Source: Polyangiaceae bacterium
GTDB taxonomy: Bacteria; Myxococcota_A; Polyangia; Polyangiales; Polyangiaceae
Assembly: GCA_044222475.1 (NCBI GenBank)
Contig: JBGANF010000002.1
Coordinates: 96,001 to 160,000 of the forward strand
Reading direction: 5' to 3'
DNA: 64,000 nucleotides
The notes beneath the pieces were generated by a model that did not search any database, was not told where the DNA came from, and worked only from the letters and a program-made list of their open reading frames with translations. Of this stretch, positions 1-10,795 are shown piece after piece (position 1 is the first letter of the stretch; each line of letters starts with the position of its first letter). Both the position numbers and the translations under genes were made by a program.

Positions 1-20
1 GATGGTGAGCCGGTCGGCTT

Positions 21-1514
21 TCACGCGGTGTGGAGAACCCCCTCGGGCGGGGGCGATTTCGAGGCGAGCTTGACCGATCCGAGCGTCTTGCCGAGCATCT
101 CGCGGGCGGCTCGAAGGTCTCGCGCGTCGGGGCGCGTGACGAGGATCCGGGGAGCGACCGGCGGGGCGTCGCCGAACAGCGCGGCGAACCGCGCGGGCCA
201 CGCGCGCCGCAGGCGATCGAGGTCGGCCTCGAGCGGCGCGCGCGCGGGGGCGCCGACCACCAGGAACTCGTCGCCGCCGTCGCGTACGACGCGCGCGCCG
301 GGGATCGTGCGCAGCTCCGCGGCGAAGGCCGCGAGCACCGCATCGCCCTGGTCCTGCCCATAGCGGTTGTTGAACTCGCGGAAGCCGGCGAGATCGATGA
401 ACGCGAGCGGAGCAGGGCTGCGAGCGACGCCGTCGATCGCGGCGAAGAGCAGCGCGAGATCGTCGAAGTGTGCGTAGAAGGGAAGGCCGGTCTTGCGGTC
501 CAGGTTGGCCGATGGAACGGCCGGGAAGCGGAAGCGCTCGGCGAAGGACCCCGCCGCTTCGTTCGCGAGCAGGAGCAGCTCGCCGGTGAGCCACGCGCGC
601 TCGGGCCCCATCGCCACGAGGAACCCTTCGTCGTCGACGTCGGCGAGCATCGCGGCGATCGACGGCGCCGGGTCGAAGCTCGGATCGAGGTGGGCGAGGA
701 GGTCGACGGCGGCGAAGGTGGCGAGCGGGTCGCGCGGCGGGAACTTCGCCTCGAGCGAGGGCGGCAGGTCGTCGCGCCACGCGGCGTCGGCGTGCATGGC
801 GCGGCGCACGAAGCGCACGAGGTCGGCGAGGGTGGGGACGTCGATCCCGAGCGCGAGCAGGCCGCCGGCGAGCTGCGCGCTCGCCGACGCGAGCGGTACG
901 TCGTGGAATGGAAACTGGAGGCCGTGGACGGCGCCGTCCTTCACGGTCGCGGATTGACTCACCGCCATCGCGACCGCGAGCGGGTGCAGCCGAGCGAGCG
1001 CGAACGGGCGCCGCGCGAGGACGAACAGCGCGAACGTGTCGGTCCACGGTTGAGAACACTGGATGTGCGGCGCGAGGTCGCGCCGAAAGAGCGGCTCGGC
1101 TTCGGTGACGAGCGCGGCGGCTCGTGTCGCGAGCGGACCTCCGCTCGCCGCGAGCTCGAGCAGTCGATCCGCGTGCTCCGCGATCGAGAGCGGCAGCGAG
1201 ATGCGCACCTCGGCGCGCTCGGGATCGCGCTCGACGTCGGGTCGCCAGACGCGCCAACGCGTCGGGTCGCCGGCGTGGGCGGCCGGTCGAACGTGGCGGT
1301 GGGCGATCTCCCAGCGGTAGCGATCGTCACCGGCGCGACTCCCCGGGTGGCGAGACTCCCAGTACGCGATGCGCGCGGCCTCGTCGCCGCCGCCTTTCGC
1401 GAGCCCGAGCGATCGCAGGACGCGCGCCTCCGCGGCGCCGAACGGCGAGCCGTCGTCGATGCGAATCGACGACAGCGCGGCGCGTGCCCGCGCGGTCGCC
1501 GTTTGCGTGCTCAA
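21..1514 (-). CDS. GGDEF-domain protein with large N-terminal helical domain
   Basis: C-terminal DRKTGLP...FIDLAGFREFNNRYGQDQGDAVL...RDGGDEFLVV. TTG start overlaps the etfA stop. Confidence 0.8.
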   Translation of the reverse strand: MSTQTATARARAALSSIRIDDGSPFGAAEARVLRSLGLAKGGGDEAARIAYWESRHPGSRAGDDRYRWEIAHRHVRPAAHAGDPTRWRVWRPDVERDPERAEVRISLPLSIAEHADRLLELAASGGPLATRAAALVTEAEPLFRRDLAPHIQCSQPWTDTFALFVLARRPFALARLHPLAVAMAVSQSATVKDGAVHGLQFPFHDVPLASASAQLAGGLLALGIDVPTLADLVRFVRRAMHADAAWRDDLPPSLEAKFPPRDPLATFAAVDLLAHLDPSFDPAPSIAAMLADVDDEGFLVAMGPERAWLTGELLLLANEAAGSFAERFRFPAVPSANLDRKTGLPFYAHFDDLALLFAAIDGVARSPAPLAFIDLAGFREFNNRYGQDQGDAVLAAFAAELRTIPGARVVRDGGDEFLVVGAPARAPLEADLDRLRRAWPARFAALFGDAPPVAPRILVTRPDARDLRAAREMLGKTLGSVKLASKSPPPEGVLHTA

Positions 1515-2464
1515 CCCTTCTTCAGCTCAGAGACGAGCTCGGGAACGGCGGTGAACAGATCGGCCACGAGGCCGTAGTCGGCGACCTGGAAGATCGGTGC
1601 ATCCGCGTCCTTGTTGATCGCGACGATCGTCTTCGAGCCCTTCATGCCGGCGAGGTGCTGGATCGCGCCGGAGATGCCGATCGCGAAGTAGAGCGCGGGA
1701 GCGACGACGCGCCCGGTCTGCCCGACCTGCAGCTCGGCCGGGGCGAACCCGGCGTCGCAGGCGGCGCGGCTCGCTCCGACGGCAGCGCCGAGGAGGTTCG
1801 CGAGCGGGTCGAGGACCTCCGCGAACTTCTCCTTGAGAGCGCGTCCGCCCGAGACGATGACCCGCGCTTCGCCGAGGTCGGGGCGCTCGGACTTGGCCGC
1901 TTCGATGCCGACGAACTGGACGCGGCTCGCCGCTGCGTCGGCCGGCGCCGCAGCGATCGCCTCGACCGGGCTCGCGCCGCCGCTCGCTTCGGCGGCGGCG
2001 AACTCGCTCTGGCGGACGCTGACGACCTGAACCTTCGTCGTGATCTCGCACCAAGCGTAGGCGTTGCCGGCGTAGATGGGGCGCTTGTACGTCAGCTTGC
2101 CGCCATCGACCTTCACCGCGCTGATGTCCGGAGCGTATCCGGCGCCGATCTTCGCGGCGAGCCGCGGCGCGAGATCCTTGCCGAACGAGCTCGCGGTGAC
2201 CGCGATGACGTCGAAGCCGCCGGCCGCGGCGGCGACCACCGGAGCGATGCGCTCGACGAGCGGGTTCGCGAGCTCCGCGGACTCGCACGCGAGGATCTTG
2301 GCGGCGCCGAACCCGGCGACCTCGGAGGCGGCAGCCTTCGCGTTCGCGCCGACGACCAGGATGGTGAACGTTCCACCCACTTGCTTCGCGAAGTTGATCG
2401 CGCTGTGGGTCGACTTGCGAATCTTGCCTTCGCTGAGCTCTGCAATGACGAGGACGTTGCTCAT
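1511..2464 (-). CDS. etfA: Electron transfer flavoprotein alpha subunit
   Basis: MSNVLVIAE start; [26 protein letters not shown] and [12 protein letters not shown] motifs. Confidence 0.97.
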   Translation of the reverse strand: MSNVLVIAELSEGKIRKSTHSAINFAKQVGGTFTILVVGANAKAAASEVAGFGAAKILACESAELANPLVERIAPVVAAAAGGFDVIAVTASSFGKDLAPRLAAKIGAGYAPDISAVKVDGGKLTYKRPIYAGNAYAWCEITTKVQVVSVRQSEFAAAEASGGASPVEAIAAAPADAAASRVQFVGIEAAKSERPDLGEARVIVSGGRALKEKFAEVLDPLANLLGAAVGASRAACDAGFAPAELQVGQTGRVVAPALYFAIGISGAIQHLAGMKGSKTIVAINKDADAPIFQVADYGLVADLFTAVPELVSELKKG

Positions 2465-2475
2465 GTTCGTGCTCC

Positions 2476-3306
2476 TCAGATGACCTTGGCTTCGGTCTTG
2501 AGCTTCTCGACGAGCTCGGCGACGGTCTTCACTTTGACGCCGGCCTTGCGCGCCGGGGGCGCCTCGTAGCCGACGTACTTGATCTTCAGCGTGGTGTCCG
2601 ACGCGAGGTCGGTCAGCTTCATCTCGGCGAGCGGCTTCTTCTTCGCCGCCATGATGGCCATGAGCGCCGCGTAGCGAACGCCGCCCTCTTTCGGGTACGG
2701 GCTCGTGTCCTTGGAGTGGATGCTCTTCACGCCGTTCTGCTGGACGATCCGGAGGTCGACGGTGACGACCGCGGGGAGGGTCACCTGCACGTTCATCGTG
2801 CCGCCGTCGATCTCGCGACCGACGACCAGCGCCTTGTCGCCTTCGCTCTTGATGCTCCCGGCGAAGGTCGCCTGGGGCCAGCCGAGGTATTCGGCGAGGG
2901 CCTGCCCGACCTGGTTCGCGTCGCCTTCGACCTCCTGCTTGCCGAGGAGGACGAGGTCCGGCTTCTCTTTCTCGACGAGCGCCTTGAGCGCGCGCGCGAC
3001 GAGATCGCCGTCGAGGGCCTCGTCGGTCGAGTCGATGCGAATGGCGCGGTCGGCGCCGGTCGCGAGGGCCGCGCGGAGCGTGGTCTCGGTCTCCTTCGGG
3101 CCGAACGTGACGACGACGACCTCGCCGAGGCGGCCCTTGGTGTTCGCGGCGTTCTCGGTCAGGCGGAGCGCCGTCTCGACGGCGTACTCGTCGAACGGGT
3201 TCGGCTTCCACTCGAGACCGGTCGTCTCGATCTTCTGGGGGGTGATCTTGATCTTGTTCGCGTTGTCGGGATCGGCGACGCGCTTGAGCGGAACGAGAAT
3301 TTTCAC
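2476..3306 (-). CDS. etfB: Electron transfer flavoprotein beta subunit
   Basis: GTG start (V)[34 protein letters not shown] motifs. Confidence 0.96.
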   Translation of the reverse strand: MKILVPLKRVADPDNANKIKITPQKIETTGLEWKPNPFDEYAVETALRLTENAANTKGRLGEVVVVTFGPKETETTLRAALATGADRAIRIDSTDEALDGDLVARALKALVEKEKPDLVLLGKQEVEGDANQVGQALAEYLGWPQATFAGSIKSEGDKALVVGREIDGGTMNVQVTLPAVVTVDLRIVQQNGVKSIHSKDTSPYPKEGGVRYAALMAIMAAKKKPLAEMKLTDLASDTTLKIKYVGYEAPPARKAGVKVKTVAELVEKLKTEAKVI

Positions 3307-3423
3307 GGCAGCTGCTCGCTTGGAGGTGGTGGGGGTCTCATTCGCTGAATGGCGATTCAGTAGGCCCACGGTTTAGGTTTTTGCGCCCTGGAAGTCAATG
3401 CCGACCCGGACTACCGTGCCCGC

Positions 3424-4041
3424 ATGAAATCGACACCCACGATCCTCTTGTTCCTGGGCTCACTCGTAAGCGCAACGATTGCGCCGGCGGCGTTCGCCGA
3501 CCGATCCGAGCAGCGCGGTAGCGATCACGACGACCACCGCCCCGCCGCGAGCGCGGCTGCCTCGGGCGTCGCCCATGCGTCGCCGAGCTCCGCCGTCGCG
3601 GCTGCCGCCGCATCGGGCGCGGCTGCTGGAACGTCGGCCAAAGTCGATGACGACGGCGCGGCGGACGACGAGAAGCCGGAGCAGAAGGAAAAACGACACG
3701 GCTACATCGCGAACACCGGAAACCACCTCCGCGATCTCGTCCGCGCGAACGGCAAGCGCGTGACCGACGAGGAGCGCGAAGCGATCCGCGACCACTGGCG
3801 TCGCGCGATGCGCCTGTGGCGCATCCGCTACCTCGCCATGGTCGACGGCGACAAGGCGATCGTCGCTCGCGTCGACGCGATCCTCGCGCGGCTCGACAAA
3901 CAGACCGAGAACAAGCTCAAGGACTTGAACGGCAAGGCGCCGGCCGACGGCAGCGCAGCGGCGGCGTCCGCGGCGCCGACCGCTTCGGGGCGTCCACCCG
4001 CCGCAGCGAGCGGCTCGGCGAAGAAGGAAGGTGAGAAATGA
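3424..4041 (+). CDS. Secreted hypothetical protein with Ala-rich linkers and a helical core
   Basis: Signal peptide ending AFA; GC3-biased codons; stop overlaps next start (ATGA). Confidence 0.75.
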   Translation: MKSTPTILLFLGSLVSATIAPAAFADRSEQRGSDHDDHRPAASAAASGVAHASPSSAVAAAAASGAAAGTSAKVDDDGAADDEKPEQKEKRHGYIANTGNHLRDLVRANGKRVTDEEREAIRDHWRRAMRLWRIRYLAMVDGDKAIVARVDAILARLDKQTENKLKDLNGKAPADGSAAAASAAPTASGRPPAAASGSAKKEGEK

Positions 4042-4340
4042 GCTCCCGCATCACGTTGGCGTTCGGGCTCGGCGCGCTCCTCGCGCTGTCCGCCTGCGAA
4101 GACAAGAAGACCGACACCGGCGCCGCGGCTTCGGCTTCGGCGGCAGTCTCGGTCGCGGCCTCGGCCTCGGCATCGGCCGCTCCGTCGGCTTCGGCGAGCG
4201 CGGCGCCCACGGCCACCGCCGCGGCCGATCCGAACGCGGTGCCGAGTCACACCGACGAAGCGCAGAAGGCCGCGCGCGAGATCGACAAGGCGAACTACAA
4301 GTCGGAGCTCGACAAGCTCGACAAGGAGATCGGGAAGTAG
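4038..4340 (+). CDS. Small lipoprotein, hypothetical
   Basis: Lipobox LSA-C, Ala/Ser linker, C-terminal helix EIDKANYKSELDKLDKEI. Confidence 0.8.
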   Translation: MSSRITLAFGLGALLALSACEDKKTDTGAAASASAAVSVAASASASAAPSASASAAPTATAAADPNAVPSHTDEAQKAAREIDKANYKSELDKLDKEIGK

Positions 4341-4343
4341 TCG

Positions 4344-5957
4344 ATGCGCGTCACCTGCGATTACTTGGTCCTCGGGAGCGGCATCGCCGGGCTCTCGTTC
4401 GCCCTCGAGGCAGCGAAGACCGGCGACGTCGTCCTCGTGACCAAGCGCAGCGCGGACGAATCGAATACGAAGTACGCCCAGGGCGGGATCGCGACGGTCC
4501 TCGCCGACACCGACAGCTTCCAGTCGCACGTCAAGGACACCATCACGGCCGGTGCAGGCCTCTGCCACGAGCGGGTCGTCGAGATCTGCGTCAACGGAGG
4601 TCCTGCCCGGATCGAGATGCTGCGCGCACTCGGTGCCAAGTTCGATCGCGCCGAGAAGCCGTCCGAGATGCACGCCGATCTCGACCTCCACCTCGAAGGA
4701 GGACACAGCGCGCGGCGCGTCGTCCACGCCGGCGACGCCACCGGTCGCGAGGTCGAGCGCGCGCTGCTCGACGCCGTGATGAGCTCGCCGCGGATTCGCA
4801 TCCTCGAAGAGCACATGGCGATCGACCTGATCACGCTCGCGAAGTACGGCGGCCCCGAGGTGTGCGCCGGCGCGTACGTGCTGGACGTGGGCGGCGGCAA
4901 GGTGCTCACCGTGCTGGCTCGCGCGACCATCCTCGCGACCGGCGGGGCAGGGAAGGTCTACCTCTACACGACCAACCCGGACGTCGCCTCGGGGGACGGC
5001 ATCGCGATGGCCTTCCGCGCCGGCGCCGAGGTGTCGAACATGGAGTTCTACCAGTTCCACCCGACGTGCCTGTTCAACGCGCAGGCGAAGAGCTTCCTCA
5101 TCAGCGAAGCGCTCCGCGGCGAGGGCGCGATCCTCCGTCGTCAGGACGGTACACCGTTCATGAAGGAGCACCACCCCCTCGCCGACCTCGCTCCGCGCGA
5201 CATCGTCGCGCGAGCGATCGACTTCGAGATGAAGAAGAGCGGCAACGAGTTCGTCCTCCTCGACATCACCGACAAGAAGCCCGACTTCGTCCGGGAGCAC
5301 TTCCCGACGATCCACGCGCAATGCCTCCGCTTCGGGATCGACATCACCCGCGAGCCGATCCCGGTCGTCCCCGCCGCGCACTACTGCTGCGGTGGCGTCA
5401 CGACCGATCTCGACGGGCGCACCACCATCCCGGGTCTCTGGGCGGTGGGCGAGGTCGCCTGTACGGGGCTCCACGGCGCGAACCGCCTCGCGTCGAACTC
5501 GCTGCTCGAGGGGCTCGTGTTCGCGCACCGCGCAGCGACCGCGCTCGCCCAGAGCGACGACAAGAAGAAGCCCCACCCGACCGTCCCAGAATGGGACGTC
5601 GGAACCGCTGGGACGAGCGAAGAAGCGGTCGTCATCACGCAGAACTGGGACGAGCTACGGCGCCTGATGTGGAACTACGTCGGCATCGTCCGCAGCGACA
5701 CTCGCCTTCGCCGCGCCGCGCGCCGCATCGCGCTCCTGCAGGAAGAGATCATCGAGTACTACTGGAAGTACTTCGTCACCCGCGATCTGCTCGAGCTTCG
5801 CAACATCGCGACCGTGGCCCAGCTCATCGTCGACTGTGCCGCGTCGCGCCGCGAGAGTCGCGGCCTCCACTGGACGACCGATTGTCCGGACGCCGACCCG
5901 AAGCTCGCGCGCGACACGGTGATCAAGCGCGGGGTCGCCGCGCACCTGCGGAGCTGA
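4344..5957 (+). CDS. nadB: L-aspartate oxidase
   Basis: GSGIAG, YAQGGI, EGGHS, QFHPT, LISEALRGEG, GLHGANRLASNSLLE, RRESRGLH. Confidence 0.97.
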   Translation: MRVTCDYLVLGSGIAGLSFALEAAKTGDVVLVTKRSADESNTKYAQGGIATVLADTDSFQSHVKDTITAGAGLCHERVVEICVNGGPARIEMLRALGAKFDRAEKPSEMHADLDLHLEGGHSARRVVHAGDATGREVERALLDAVMSSPRIRILEEHMAIDLITLAKYGGPEVCAGAYVLDVGGGKVLTVLARATILATGGAGKVYLYTTNPDVASGDGIAMAFRAGAEVSNMEFYQFHPTCLFNAQAKSFLISEALRGEGAILRRQDGTPFMKEHHPLADLAPRDIVARAIDFEMKKSGNEFVLLDITDKKPDFVREHFPTIHAQCLRFGIDITREPIPVVPAAHYCCGGVTTDLDGRTTIPGLWAVGEVACTGLHGANRLASNSLLEGLVFAHRAATALAQSDDKKKPHPTVPEWDVGTAGTSEEAVVITQNWDELRRLMWNYVGIVRSDTRLRRAARRIALLQEEIIEYYWKYFVTRDLLELRNIATVAQLIVDCAASRRESRGLHWTTDCPDADPKLARDTVIKRGVAAHLRS

Positions 5958-5958
5958 G

Positions 5959-6825
5959 ATGGAAGAGCGCGCGCCGCCGCGCCTCCTGACGTTCACCGGC
6001 GCCGCCGGCTGGACGGCGGCGGTCGTCGTCGCGCTCATGTTCGCGGTGAGCACGACCGCCGCGCTCCGCGAAGGCGCGGGCGACGACGTCGTCAACATCA
6101 CTGCGTGCTACGCGCTGGTCCACTTCGCGGCGATCTTCGCGCTCGTCCGCATCTACCGGCCCGACGACCGCCTCCGCGACGCGTTCGGCCTCCGGCCGAC
6201 GAACCCGCTCCATGTGCTGTTCGCCGGCCTGCTCGGCGCCGGGCTCTATCCGTTGCTGGCGCGGCTCGATGATCGCATCGCCGCCGTGATGCCCCTCGAC
6301 GAAGAGGCCCGAGCGAGCGTGGAGCGCCTGTTCCACGCTCCGACCACCGGCACCAAGATCGCCCTCTTCGTCGCCGTCGGCGTCGTCATCCCGTTGAGCG
6401 AGGAGCTCTACTTCCGCGGCGTCCTGTTCGGGGCCCTCTTGCGCGGCCGAGGCGACGTCGAGAAGCGCATGCCCCTCATCATGATGGCCTGCGCAGGGTT
6501 TTTCGCGCTCGCCCAAGGCGACGTACGGGCCCTCGCGTCGTCGCTCGTGCTGGGGCTCGCCCTGTCGTGGATTCGTGCCCGCGGCGGCTCCTCCTTCCTC
6601 TCGATCGTCGCCCACGTATCCCACCTCGCGGTACCTCTGGGGCCCTTGCTCCACGGGGGGGACGTCCGCTCGGATGACTCGTTCGGCTCCCCGTGGCTCT
6701 TGGCCTCGGCCGGCGCCGTCGTCATCGGCGGCGGCGCGCTGGCCTTCCTGTTCCAGTCGGGGGCGCATCCTCGGTCGGCGCGCGAACGCGATTGCGCGGA
6801 CGCGGACGCCGACGCTCAGCCCTGA
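5959..6825 (+). CDS. CPBP family intramembrane glutamic endopeptidase
   Basis: Multi-TM protein with EELYFRG, FALAQ (usual His replaced by Gln) and AHVSH motifs. Confidence 0.8.
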   Translation: MEERAPPRLLTFTGAAGWTAAVVVALMFAVSTTAALREGAGDDVVNITACYALVHFAAIFALVRIYRPDDRLRDAFGLRPTNPLHVLFAGLLGAGLYPLLARLDDRIAAVMPLDEEARASVERLFHAPTTGTKIALFVAVGVVIPLSEELYFRGVLFGALLRGRGDVEKRMPLIMMACAGFFALAQGDVRALASSLVLGLALSWIRARGGSSFLSIVAHVSHLAVPLGPLLHGGDVRSDDSFGSPWLLASAGAVVIGGGALAFLFQSGAHPRSARERDCADADADAQP

Positions 6826-6917
6826 CTCCTTCGAGGCGGGGGCGGCGGAAGGCGCAGCGCGTCAAGCCAGCTTTCCGTTGTCGCGTTCGCCCATTCGAGT
6901 AATGTGCCGGCGCCCCC

Positions 6918-8057
6918 ATGGCCCAGAGCATCCCCACTGCACACGTCGCATCGGCGTCCCCGGCGAACCTCGGGGACCCGGACGTCATCCGCGTCCTCCG
7001 GGACGATGGAACCCTCGACCCCGCGACCGATCCCAAGTTGTCCGACGACCTCGTCGTCGCGCTCTACCAGCAGATGGTCCTCGTCCGCATCCTCGACGAG
7101 CGACTCGTCACGCTGCAGCGTCAAGGTCGCATCGGTTTTCACATCGGCTCGCTCGGCGAGGAGGCCTGCATCCTCGGCTCCGCGGCGGCGCTGCGGGACA
7201 AGGATTGGATCTTCCCCTGCTACCGTGAGTTCGGCGCGGCGCTCTGGCGCGGCATGGCGCTGCAGAGCTACCTCAACAACATGTTCGGCAACGCGGGCGA
7301 CCCCGCGAAGGGCCGACAGATGCCGGATCACTACACCGCGCGCCACGCGCACTTCGGCTCCGTCAGCTCGCCGATCGGCACGCAGATCACCCAAGCGGTG
7401 GGCTTCGCGTGGGCGGCGAAGATCAAGAAGGACGACCTCGTGACGCTCGTCTACTTCGGCGAAGGCGCGACGAGCTCGAACGAGTTCCACAACGGGATGA
7501 ACTTCGGCGGAGTGTTCAAGACGCCGACCGTCTTCCTCTGCCGCAACAACGGTTGGGCGATCAGCGTCCCGGTCGAGCGTCAGACTGCCAGCGCATCGTT
7601 CGCTGGCAAGGGCGTCGCCTACGGCATCCCCGGCATTCGCTGCGACGGAAACGATCTCTTCGCGGTCATCAAGGCGACGCGCGAGGCGGTCGCCCGCGCC
7701 GCGTCGGGGCAAGGCCCCACCATCGTCGAAGCGATGACCTACCGGCTGTCGGGTCACTCCACCAGCGACGACCCCAAGGCCTACCGCAAGGACGAGGTCG
7801 TCGAGACGTGGCGCAAGCGCGATCCGCTCCTGCGCGTTCGCAAGTACCTCGAGAAGAAGTCCCTCTGGAGCGACGCGAAGCAGAGCGACCTCGAGGCCAA
7901 GGTCGAGGGCGACATCAAGCACGCCGTCGCTCAAGCCGAGGCTGCTCCGCCGCCCGCGCTCGAGACCATGTTCGACGACGTCTACGGCGAGCTCCCCTGG
8001 CACTTGCGCGAACAACGCCAAGAGCTCCTCTCCGGCCCGCGCGCGAAAGGTCACTGA
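6918..8057 (+). CDS. 2-oxo-acid (probably branched-chain) dehydrogenase E1 alpha
   Basis: LQRQGRIGF, GRQMPDHY, TPP-binding FGEGATS...NN, YRLSGHSTSDD. Confidence 0.93.
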   Translation: MAQSIPTAHVASASPANLGDPDVIRVLRDDGTLDPATDPKLSDDLVVALYQQMVLVRILDERLVTLQRQGRIGFHIGSLGEEACILGSAAALRDKDWIFPCYREFGAALWRGMALQSYLNNMFGNAGDPAKGRQMPDHYTARHAHFGSVSSPIGTQITQAVGFAWAAKIKKDDLVTLVYFGEGATSSNEFHNGMNFGGVFKTPTVFLCRNNGWAISVPVERQTASASFAGKGVAYGIPGIRCDGNDLFAVIKATREAVARAASGQGPTIVEAMTYRLSGHSTSDDPKAYRKDEVVETWRKRDPLLRVRKYLEKKSLWSDAKQSDLEAKVEGDIKHAVAQAEAAPPPALETMFDDVYGELPWHLREQRQELLSGPRAKGH

Positions 8058-8059
8058 CG

Positions 8060-9034
8060 ATGACGCAGATGAACATGGTTCAGGCGATCAACGACGGTCT
8101 CCGCTTCGAGATGAAGCGCGACGATCGCGTCGTCCTCCTCGGCGAGGACGTGGGCAAGGTCGGCGGCGTCTTCCGCGTCACGCAGGGCCTCTTCGACGAG
8201 TTCGGTGACGACCGCGTCGTCGACACTCCCCTGTCCGAGGGCGGCATCATCGGATGCGCGATCGGGATGGCGCTCTACGGCCTGGTTCCGGTTCCGGAGA
8301 TTCAGTTCGCCGACTTCATCTTCCCCGCGTACGACCAGATCGTGAGCGAGCTGGCGAAGTTCCGCTACCGCTCCGGCGGCGAGTACCCGTCGAAGCTCGT
8401 CATCCGCACTCCGGTGGGCGGCGGCATCCGCGGTGGCCACTACCACTCGCAGTCGCCGGAGTCGCAGTTCATCCACGTCGCGGGACTCAAGGTCGTGTGC
8501 CCGTCGAACCCGGCCGACGCCAAAGGCCTCCTCCTCGCGTCGATCCGCGATCCCGATCCGGTCCTCTTCTTCGAGCCGAAGCGCATCTACCGCGCGGCCA
8601 AGGGCGACGTCCCCGAAGGGGACTACGTCGTCCCGCTCGGGAAGGCGAGCATCGCCCGCGAGGGCAAGCACGTCACCGTCATCGCGTGGGGCGCGATGCT
8701 CTACGAGGCGATCGCCGCCGCCGACGAAGCGGCTCAGCAAGGCGTCGAGTGCGAGATCATCGACCTCCGCACCCTCTGGCCGGTCGACATCGACACCATC
8801 GTGGAGAGCGTCAAGAAGACCGGCCGCGTCGTCATCGTTCACGAGGCACCGAAGACCTGCGGCTTCGGCGGCGAGCTCGTGGCGCTCATCAACGAGAAGG
8901 CGTTCCTCCACCTCGAAGCGCCGCCCGCGCGCGTGACCGGCTTCGACACACCGTTCCCCTACACGCTCGAGATGGAGTACCTCCCGCTCGCGCATCGGAT
9001 TCTCCCCGCGGTCATGCAGACTGCACGCTTCTGA
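8060..9034 (+). CDS. 2-oxo-acid dehydrogenase E1 beta
   Basis: LGEDVGKVGGVFRVT, DTPLSE, EIQFADF, HYHSQSPE, FFEPK. Confidence 0.95.
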   Translation: MTQMNMVQAINDGLRFEMKRDDRVVLLGEDVGKVGGVFRVTQGLFDEFGDDRVVDTPLSEGGIIGCAIGMALYGLVPVPEIQFADFIFPAYDQIVSELAKFRYRSGGEYPSKLVIRTPVGGGIRGGHYHSQSPESQFIHVAGLKVVCPSNPADAKGLLLASIRDPDPVLFFEPKRIYRAAKGDVPEGDYVVPLGKASIAREGKHVTVIAWGAMLYEAIAAADEAAQQGVECEIIDLRTLWPVDIDTIVESVKKTGRVVIVHEAPKTCGFGGELVALINEKAFLHLEAPPARVTGFDTPFPYTLEMEYLPLAHRILPAVMQTARF

Positions 9035-9045
9035 CCGAGGCACCC

Positions 9046-10401
<1,356 letters not shown>

Positions 10402-10447
10402 TGCCGTTCGGCAGAAGTTGCGGCGGAGTGCTTGGGGCGGACACGAC

Positions 10448-10681
10448 GCCGATCGTTGCGGCGTGCAGCTCTCTCCATTCCCTCAACGTAGAGGAAGGCG
10501 CCGGCCGCGCGACCCGGCCCGAAGGGCGCGCCACTACGCCATCGCGCGCGGGTCTGCGTTGGGGTGCGCAGCGATCGTCGATGCCATGCAGATCCTCGAG
10601 CTCCTGAACGAGGACAACCATCGGCAAGCTGTCGAGCCCCTGGAGCGGATCGTCGCGATGACCACCAAGCTCTATCGATGA
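10448..10681 (+). pseudogene. Four-helix-bundle (23S rRNA IVS/bAvd-like family) pseudogene, 5'-truncated with frameshifts
   Basis: Restoring three single-base gaps gives AD(Q)LRRAALSI(P)LNVEEGAGRATRPE(x)ARHYAIARGSALGCAAIVD...LERIVAMTTKLYR*. This matches the family pattern QLRRAAxSIxxNIAEG...IARGSxxE. Confidence 0.8.
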
Positions 10682-10690
10682 GCCAGCGCC

Positions 10691-10750
10691 CCGTCGCCGT
10701 CGCCGTCGCCGCTCACGTCAACGTCAACGCTCACGTCAACGATCGTGAGT
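10691..10750. repeat. Hexamer-periodic tract (GTCGCC)3-GCTCAC-(GTCAAC)2-GCTCAC-GTCAAC
   Basis: Read directly, about 10 nt after the pseudogene stop. Confidence 0.8.
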
Positions 10751-10795
10751 CGCTTCCGCCGGAAACATCCCGGCGAAATTTCGGCCGGACGGCAG

